Source: Candidatus Magasanikiibacteriota bacterium (GTDB lineage Bacteria > Patescibacteriota > Minisyncoccia > UBA6257 > GWB1-50-10). From it: a stretch of DNA of 48,887 bases. Each line of letters opens with the position of its first letter. The stretch's first letter is position 1. A program made the translations under genes and the position numbers. The stretch is taken from contig JBDGRM010000020.1 of assembly GCA_042218035.1 (NCBI GenBank), forward strand, positions 3,759 through 52,645, in the 5' to 3' direction. This document shows positions 42,956 to 48,887 of this stretch, in pieces. The notes beneath the pieces are model-generated. The model had not been told where the DNA came from. It made no database searches and saw only the letters and a program-made list of their open reading frames with translations.

Positions 42956-45408
42956 TGTCAGAAGATAAATCTCAAAAAGAGGCAGCAGAAATAAGAGACG
43001 CTGAAATTACCGACGAGCTTCAAGATTCATATCTTGATTATGCGATGTCCGTCATAGTCTCAAGGGCCTTGCCGGACATGAGGGATGGACTAAAGCCCGT
43101 TCAGAGAAGAATATTGTGGGCTATGTGGAATATGGGCCTCGATTCGAGCTCAGCTCATAAAAAGTCCGCACGTGTAGTAGGAAAAACAATGGGGGTTTAT
43201 CACCCTCACGGAGACAAGGCTGTTTATGACACCTTGGTTCGAATGGCTCAAGATTTCTCACTGCGTTACCCTCTTGTAGATGGGCAAGGAAACTTTGGTA
43301 ATGTGGACGGCGATTCAGCTGCAGCTCAGCGTTACACGGAAGCAAAGCTGGAAGCGATTTCTGAAGAGATGCTCGAAGACATAGAAAAAGACACCGTAGA
43401 GTGGTCACCTAATTATGACAACACCCAAGAGGAACCCGATTATCTTCCTGCCAAGCTTCCGAATCTCGTTTTGAACGGAACCATGGGAATTGCCGTGGGT
43501 ATGGCTACAAATATTCCACCTCATAACCTTACTGAGACTGTAGAAGCTCTTAAATACCTGGCTAAAAATGAAGATGCTACGGTTTCTGAGTTGATGGAAT
43601 ATATTCAAGCCCCCGACTTCCCTACCGGAGGAGTAGTATATGACCAAGAAAAAATAGAAGAAGCTTACTCAACCGGAAGAGGTTCGGTGACTATTAGAGC
43701 AAAAACTGAAATCGAGGAAACCGAAGGGAAAAGCGGTCCCCGTATAGCAGTCACCGAAATCCCTTTTCAGGTTACCAAGTCTAAGCTTATAAAGAAGACA
43801 GCAAAACTAGTTAAAGATGATAAATTAAACGGGGTAAAGAATATAAGAGATGAATCGGGCAGAGAAGGTTTGCGCATTGTCCTTGAACTGAAACAGGGAG
43901 CCAACCCTCAAAGAATTTTGAATTCTCTTTTTAAACACACCCGCTTCCAGAAGAAGTTCCACTTTAATATGGTGGCTTTGGAGGACGGCATTCAGCCGAA
44001 AGTTGTTTCTCTAAAAGATTTACTCGCCGCTTACTTGAAGCACAGAAAGAAAGTCGTTAGACGACGAGCCGAATATAAACTTTCCAAAGCCGAAGACAGA
44101 GCTCATGTTCTTGAGGGTCTTGTTTCAGCCCTTGATGAAATAGACAAGGTAATCGAAACCATTAAGTCTTCTGAAGACAGAAGTGATGCCCAGCAAAACC
44201 TTATGGAGAACTTTGACCTTACAGAAAGGCAGTCCGACGCCATCCTGAAGATGCGCCTTCAAACTCTAGCTTCTCTGGCTGCCAAAAAGCTTAAAGATGA
44301 ACTCAAAGAAAAGAAAGAATTAATTGAAGAATTGAATGAATTACTGGATGACCCTGAGAAAATAAAAGAAGAAATAATTGAAGAGCTCGAAGAGCTTAAA
44401 GAAAAATATGGAGACGAAAGAAAAACTCAAATAGTTGAAGAAAGTGTAGAAGAGTTCAGCCAAGAAGACTTTATACCTCAAAAAGAAACAGTAATTCTTT
44501 TAACAAAAGAAGGTTACATCAAAAGAGTCTCCCCCACCTCCTTTAAGGTGCAAAAGAGAGGAGGGCAGGGGATAATTGGTTTTGACCTTAAAGAGGAAGA
44601 CACTGTTGAGAACTTTGCCTTGGCAGACACTCATGATGATGTGCTCTTCTTTTCCGATAAAGGCCAAGTGTTTCAAACAAAAGTTTATGATATCCCTAAA
44701 GGTAAAAGAACTACGAAAGGGAGCTTGATTGATACTTTCCTGGGTGTAGAAGATAATGAGAATATTACTTCTTTTATTACATGCTCCCTTGAGGACAATG
44801 AACAAAATTATCTTGTTATGGCTACGGAAAACGGCACCATAAAGAAAACACCCATGGAGGAATTTGAAAATATTCAAAGCAATGGCATTAAAGCCCTTAG
44901 TCTTGATTCATCTGATAAACTTTTGTGGGCCGGAATATCAAACGGAGAATGTGATATAATCCTCACAACTAAGAACGGTAAAGCAATAAGATTCAGCGAA
45001 GATGAAGTCAGGCCGATGGGAAGAGGTGCTGCAGGAGTGAAAGCAGCAGACCTCAAAAATGATGATAAAGTAGTAGGTGTGGACGTCATTACTAAAAAGG
45101 GAAAAAATGAGCGACTGTTAGTAGTAACGGAAAAAGGTTATGGCAAACAAACGGAAATAGATGATTACAGCACCCAAAAGAGAGGCGGGGTGGGTGTGAA
45201 AACTGCTCAGGTTTCGGACGATACTGGGCCTGTAGCGGCTACCAAACTTGTTGATGACAGTGTGGACCAATTACTTGCTTTTTCTGCAAAAGGTCAAGTT
45301 ATAAAAATGGGTCTTGAAGATATTCAAATTTCAAGCAGAGATACAAGGGGAGTCAAGGTTATGGAACTCCAAGAAGGAGATACCCTTTCTGGTTTTATTA
45401 CTCTCTAA
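42955..45408 (+). CDS. gyrA: DNA gyrase subunit A
   Basis: 817 aa. [17 protein letters not shown], the [10 protein letters not shown] active-site Tyr region, and C-terminal beta-pinwheel repeats. Confidence 0.96.
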   Translation: MSEDKSQKEAAEIRDAEITDELQDSYLDYAMSVIVSRALPDMRDGLKPVQRRILWAMWNMGLDSSSAHKKSARVVGKTMGVYHPHGDKAVYDTLVRMAQDFSLRYPLVDGQGNFGNVDGDSAAAQRYTEAKLEAISEEMLEDIEKDTVEWSPNYDNTQEEPDYLPAKLPNLVLNGTMGIAVGMATNIPPHNLTETVEALKYLAKNEDATVSELMEYIQAPDFPTGGVVYDQEKIEEAYSTGRGSVTIRAKTEIEETEGKSGPRIAVTEIPFQVTKSKLIKKTAKLVKDDKLNGVKNIRDESGREGLRIVLELKQGANPQRILNSLFKHTRFQKKFHFNMVALEDGIQPKVVSLKDLLAAYLKHRKKVVRRRAEYKLSKAEDRAHVLEGLVSALDEIDKVIETIKSSEDRSDAQQNLMENFDLTERQSDAILKMRLQTLASLAAKKLKDELKEKKELIEELNELLDDPEKIKEEIIEELEELKEKYGDERKTQIVEESVEEFSQEDFIPQKETVILLTKEGYIKRVSPTSFKVQKRGGQGIIGFDLKEEDTVENFALADTHDDVLFFSDKGQVFQTKVYDIPKGKRTTKGSLIDTFLGVEDNENITSFITCSLEDNEQNYLVMATENGTIKKTPMEEFENIQSNGIKALSLDSSDKLLWAGISNGECDIILTTKNGKAIRFSEDEVRPMGRGAAGVKAADLKNDDKVVGVDVITKKGKNERLLVVTEKGYGKQTEIDDYSTQKRGGVGVKTAQVSDDTGPVAATKLVDDSVDQLLAFSAKGQVIKMGLEDIQISSRDTRGVKVMELQEGDTLSGFITL

Positions 45409-45411
45409 ATT

Positions 45412-46695
45412 ATGTCCAACACAAGAAAAATAATAATGGCAGTAGTGGGGGCTACCGTCTTGGTAGTTCTTTTGGTGGTTTTGGGCTTCTTTTTTGGTAG
45501 GCCCTCCCAGTCACCTAAAAGCCGAAAAGCAAAGTTAGACTTTTGGGTGGTTGGAGAACAAAAAAGCTCTTTTAAAACGGCAATTTCTAGCTTTAAGTCT
45601 GAGTACCCCAACGTAGAAATAAACCTCCGCGTTTTTGACTCCGTGGAAAATTATGAAAATACATTGCTTAAAGCAATGGCAACAAATGAAGGGCCGGACA
45701 TATTTTCGATTCGTAATAACGACCTCTACCGAAAAAAAGATAAAATAGAACCGCTCAACAACCGAGATTATTCCCTCGTAGACTTGAAAGAAGATTTTCC
45801 TCAAATTGTTGAAAAAAGCTTTGTCCGGGATGGGCGTATTTATGCACTGCCATTATACATAGATACACTCAGCCTTATCTACAACAAAAATATATTTAAT
45901 GAGAAAGGGATAGTATTCCCCCCTAAAAAGTGGAAGAAATTCAAAAAAATAGCTAAGGAGCTGACTAAGAAAGGTCCCCAAGGTAAAATTGAAAGAGCAG
46001 GAACCGCTTTTGGGCGGGCAGATAATATAAAAAACTTTAAAGATATCTTGTCTCTTCTTCTGTTTCAGAAGGGAGCCCAACTTATGTCTGAAAATTACTC
46101 AAGCGCTGATTTGTCCGGCCAACAAAGCAATCAAGCATTCCAATTTTACACTCAATTCGGCAAACCAAAAAGCAATTACTATATGTGGCCGGAATCCATG
46201 CCGAATTCCCGAAAAGCATTTAGCCAAAAGAAGGCGGCAATGATAATTGACTACTCCTCAGCAGTTCGATCGATCCGGCAAAAATCCCCCTTCCTTGAGG
46301 TGGGAGTTGCAAAAGTTCCTCAATTTTCTAGCCAAAGGAATGAAATATCACTCGGTCACTTCTGGGGTTATACTGTTTCAACCAAAACGAATTACCCTAC
46401 TATAGCATGGGATTTTATTCTTCATTTAACAACGGACCCTTCTGTGGCAAACAGCTACATTAAGAAAACCGAAAAACCTCCAGCATTAAAGCGATTGATT
46501 AAATATTATAAGACAAAGCCAAAATTTGAAACATTTGCTTCTCAGGCTCTTACAGCAACTTCCTGGACTGAGCCCAATCCTGACAAAATAAAAAACATTT
46601 TTGCTGATACTATAGAAGCTATAATAGAAAAAGAGGAAAGCGTTGGAACAGCCCTGGATAAAGCGGCACAATCTATAAATAATTTAGTAAAGTAA
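45412..46695 (+). CDS. Extracellular solute-binding protein, family 1 type (sugar/polyamine-like), orphan
   Basis: 427 aa with an N-terminal signal anchor and an SBP_bac_1-like layout. No permease or ATPase adjacent. The gap is 3 nt after gyrA and 2 nt before the next gene. Confidence 0.65.
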   Translation: MSNTRKIIMAVVGATVLVVLLVVLGFFFGRPSQSPKSRKAKLDFWVVGEQKSSFKTAISSFKSEYPNVEINLRVFDSVENYENTLLKAMATNEGPDIFSIRNNDLYRKKDKIEPLNNRDYSLVDLKEDFPQIVEKSFVRDGRIYALPLYIDTLSLIYNKNIFNEKGIVFPPKKWKKFKKIAKELTKKGPQGKIERAGTAFGRADNIKNFKDILSLLLFQKGAQLMSENYSSADLSGQQSNQAFQFYTQFGKPKSNYYMWPESMPNSRKAFSQKKAAMIIDYSSAVRSIRQKSPFLEVGVAKVPQFSSQRNEISLGHFWGYTVSTKTNYPTIAWDFILHLTTDPSVANSYIKKTEKPPALKRLIKYYKTKPKFETFASQALTATSWTEPNPDKIKNIFADTIEAIIEKEESVGTALDKAAQSINNLVK

Positions 46696-46697
46696 AA

Positions 46698-47099
46698 ATG
46701 AGAACTCTTGCTTTATTTTTAACTATATTTTTTGCGTTTAGCCTTTTGTTTCCGCTTACTGCGTTTGGAGCGAATCCAATTTGGAATGGGAGATACGATG
46801 TAGATTGTAATGTTGACGGAGCCTGTAGCTTATGTGATGGTCTGAAAGTCGGGGTTAATATAATAACCTTCATTCGAGATTTAGCTCTTGCTGTAGGCAC
46901 TCTAATGGCAGCAGCCGGAGCAGTTATGATAATGGCAGCCGGAGCAAATGAAAGTTGGTACAATCAGGGAAAAGATATGATTAAAAATGCTATAATAGGA
47001 ATTGCGATAGTTCTTTCTTCATGGTTAATAATAAACCTTTTCATCAATATATTGGGCGGAGCAAGCCCCAACCCCCTCTCAGAGGGTATAACATGCTAA
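46698..47099 (+). CDS. VirB2/TrbC-like (T4SS-pilin-like) small secreted membrane protein, paralog 1
   Basis: 133 aa. Signal peptide (..LTAFG/AN), a Cys-containing mature N-terminus (CNVDGACSLC), two TM helices separated by a short polar loop (AGANESWYNQGKDMIKN), and a C-terminal Cys. Confidence 0.6.
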   Translation: MRTLALFLTIFFAFSLLFPLTAFGANPIWNGRYDVDCNVDGACSLCDGLKVGVNIITFIRDLALAVGTLMAAAGAVMIMAAGANESWYNQGKDMIKNAIIGIAIVLSSWLIINLFINILGGASPNPLSEGITC

Positions 47100-47106
47100 T
47101 TTAACT

Positions 47107-47490
47107 ATGAAAAAATTTGCCGCTTTTACAATTTTTATATTAATTTTCTCTCTAAGTTTTGCTTTTCCCTTTATATCTTTTAGTGCGGGAGGCGAAGGTC
47201 CCGATTGTGGTGATGATGCAACAATTTGTCTTACCAACCCTCTTGGAGGGAGCGGAGACTTGATAGGAGTGGTAAATAATGTAATAAGAGATTTAAGGGA
47301 TAGAATAGCCCCGCCTGTAGTTGCTCTCATGGTATTATACGGCGGTTTTCAGATGCTTTTTGCAAAAGGTGAGCCCGAGCAGTTCAAGAATGGAAAGCAA
47401 ACCTTATACTATGCAGTAATAGGGTATGTTATAATATTAGTAGCCAGCGGGATATCTGAGATTATAACTCAAATATTGACAGCTGGCTAA
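47107..47490 (+). CDS. VirB2/TrbC-like small secreted membrane protein, paralog 2
   Basis: 127 aa. Signal peptide, a CGDDATIC segment, then TM - FAKGEPEQFKNGKQ loop - TM. Confidence 0.6.
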   Translation: MKKFAAFTIFILIFSLSFAFPFISFSAGGEGPDCGDDATICLTNPLGGSGDLIGVVNNVIRDLRDRIAPPVVALMVLYGGFQMLFAKGEPEQFKNGKQTLYYAVIGYVIILVASGISEIITQILTAG

Positions 47491-47559
47491 TCATACTTAA
47501 AAATTAAGATATAAGATATAGAAAGGTCGAATATATTTATTTACCAAATTAAAAGAATA

Positions 47560-47937
47560 ATGAGTCGACTCAAAAATTTCCTTTACATTTCTGTAATACC
47601 TGCTTTAGCTGGTGTTTTGGCTCCAAGTTCTGCTTTAGCTCAAACCCCCCCAAGAGACAATCCTGCGCCTGATCCCGTTCAGGGCGTTACAGTTTCAGGA
47701 TTTATAGGACTTTTAGAGCAAATCCTTGGCTGGGTTTACACTATATTTTTCATTGCCGCAGCTGGTGCCTTTCTTTACAGCGCATTTCTCTACCTTACAG
47801 CAGCCGGCGATGAGGAACAGGTTGAAGATGCTAAGAATGCCTTGATCTATGGAATTGTCGGAGTTGCAGTAGCGTTGCTTGCCTTTGCAATAGATGGCTT
47901 TGTAGATAATTTGCTTTCAGAAGGCATTTCTTCTTAA
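47560..47937 (+). CDS. VirB2/TrbC-like small secreted membrane protein, paralog 3 (higher GC)
   Basis: 125 aa. Signal peptide (..SSALA/QT), then IFFIAAAGAFLYSAFLYLTAAGDEEQVEDAKNALIYGIVGVAVALLAFAID. Clearly related to paralog 4. Confidence 0.6.
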   Translation: MSRLKNFLYISVIPALAGVLAPSSALAQTPPRDNPAPDPVQGVTVSGFIGLLEQILGWVYTIFFIAAAGAFLYSAFLYLTAAGDEEQVEDAKNALIYGIVGVAVALLAFAIDGFVDNLLSEGISS

Positions 47938-47962
47938 TTTTTTATTTTGTTGGAACCTTAAA

Positions 47963-47997
47963 AGCCGAAACCCCTCCCTTAGGGTTTCGGCTTTTTA
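47963..47997 (+). terminator. Intrinsic terminator after paralog 3
   Basis: AGCCGAAACCC-N8-GGGTTTCGGCT (11-bp stem) followed by a T-run. Confidence 0.85.
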
Positions 47998-48021
47998 TAT
48001 AAAAATATTTCTATAATTTCG

Positions 48022-48378
48022 ATGCAATTATTTAAAAATTTAAAATTCTACGTAATAACCTTCTTTTCTTTTTTGCTGGTTCCGAAACTTGTGCTTTCTG
48101 CAGGTGAAGACCCTCCTCCTGATGTAAGCAGTATTGAGGATATAGTTAATATACTAGAATTTATTTTAGAAAAAGCATACCAAATATTTTTTATTGCAGC
48201 TGCAGGCTCAATTTTATACTCAGCTTATATGTTCTTATTTGCAACCGAATCAGACGAGCAAATTACAAAAGCTCGAAGGGGTCTTTATTATACGGTTTCA
48301 GCTATAGTCGTTGCCCTTTTAGCATACGTTCTCGATAATCTGGTAGCAGATATTATCTCCTCGGGTGTTAATAACTAA
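48022..48378 (+). CDS. VirB2/TrbC-like small secreted membrane protein, paralog 4
   Basis: 118 aa. Signal peptide (..LVLS/AG), then IFFIAAAGSILYSAYMFLFATESDEQITKARRGLYYTVSAIVVALLAYVLD. Confidence 0.6.
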   Translation: MQLFKNLKFYVITFFSFLLVPKLVLSAGEDPPPDVSSIEDIVNILEFILEKAYQIFFIAAAGSILYSAYMFLFATESDEQITKARRGLYYTVSAIVVALLAYVLDNLVADIISSGVNN

Positions 48379-48382
48379 AAAA

Positions 48383-48412
48383 GAAAAACCCTCCGGACTT
48401 CGGAGGGTTTTT
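48383..48412. terminator. Bidirectional intrinsic terminator
   Basis: ACCCTCCG-GACTT-CGGAGGGT flanked by an A-run and a T-run. It serves paralog 4 (+) and ORFan #3 (-). Confidence 0.85.
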
Positions 48413-48417
48413 GAAAG

Positions 48418-48852
48418 TTACTTCACCGATTCTAATATTTTTTTCTGAGTTGTAATAAATACGCAATTTTCCCCCTTCAGGGGTTTGAATTTCCCCAAAT
48501 CCTGAAGGCTTTTTAGCTGGAGGTGGGTACCGGGCGGAACCACCCGGATTCCCTCATGCTCCAGCTTAACTTTTTCCCCCCCTATGTTTCCAGAGGGGCG
48601 CAGACTCACCCAATGAAGGGCATTTCTGCTTTCAATTTCGGGACTCCACCTCTCTTTGAGAAGGGGAATTACAAAGCTATCCCCCTGTTTCAGCTCGACA
48701 ATTCCGGAGCTTGGATGAGCCACCGGAAACTGGCTGGCAAGCTTTTTACACTTACCAACCAGTTCAAAACTAACTTTCTTTTTGTCTTTGCTGGGGTCGG
48801 GCGGAGGGGGCGGCTTTTTAGTCTTAGTTTCAGTGGAATCAGTTTTAGCCAC
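48418..48852 (-). CDS. Hypothetical protein, GC-rich ORFan #3 (the 5' end may continue beyond the window)
   Basis: 144 aa from a GTG start. The frame stays open upstream to position 48887. 34 of 60 nt are G+C at 48541..48600. K/P-rich N-terminus (KKPPPPPDPSKDKKK). No motif recognised. Confidence 0.65.
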   Translation of the reverse strand: MAKTDSTETKTKKPPPPPDPSKDKKKVSFELVGKCKKLASQFPVAHPSSGIVELKQGDSFVIPLLKERWSPEIESRNALHWVSLRPSGNIGGEKVKLEHEGIRVVPPGTHLQLKSLQDLGKFKPLKGENCVFITTQKKILESVK

Positions 48853-48887
48853 CTTTTTGTCTGGAGGGTTATAAGCCGATACCCCCC

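Noticed and set aside
1-48887. An alternative genetic code (UGA recoded, as in Gracilibacteria/Absconditabacteria) or a diversity-generating retroelement, both of which I recall from CPR-type genomes
   Set aside because: Long conserved genes are uninterrupted under the standard code, and several end in TGA (for example tsaD at 19138..19140). I saw no reverse-transcriptase ORF and no template/variable repeat pair.

Overview
This is a dense, low-GC window. Hand counts of housekeeping stretches give about 27-40% G+C. Most of it is translation, replication and RNA-turnover genes: leuS, glyQS, valS, trpS, pnp, rpsO, rpsA, rnj, nusA, tsaD, recA, recO, ftsK, gyrA, secG, ppa and a partial rsmA, plus two tRNAs. 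TGA is used as a stop codon (for example at the end of tsaD), so the standard bacterial code applies. Gene content and style look most like a Patescibacteria/CPR-type genome: small genes, orphan ABC binding proteins, tandem pilin-like minigenes and long low-complexity membrane proteins. That placement is inference only.

Several things stand out against this background:
- A 750-bp AT-rich gap (25650-26396) holds seven copies of a TGTTTC-N4-GAAACA palindrome in a ~40-bp register. It also has an AT-only tandem repeat and a 15-bp inverted repeat.
- Three ORFans sit as single-gene cassettes at 55-57% G+C with foreign-looking GC3-rich codons (26397-26777, 39513-40544, 48418-48852+). The two fully inside the window have their own terminators.
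- The first cassette opens a ~4-kb accessory patch (25650-29700). The patch also holds a sigma-70-family gene, a 4-TM protein behind a perfect consensus promoter, a terminator-capped GC-rich RNA-like element, a hidden 56-codon basic ORF and two coiled-coil ORFans.
- A ~190-nt nested-helix element lies between rnj and trpS.
- Four tandem VirB2/TrbC-like pilin paralogs follow gyrA and a binding protein, with no other secretion genes in view.
- A 24-nt perfect duplication of the tRNA-Ser 3' end brackets a 149-bp GC-rich hairpin-rich insert.
- A NYN-domain gene is wedged between rpsO and pnp.

I see no CRISPR array, rRNA, transposase or integrase. All functional calls come from motifs I could read in the translations. 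No database search was possible.
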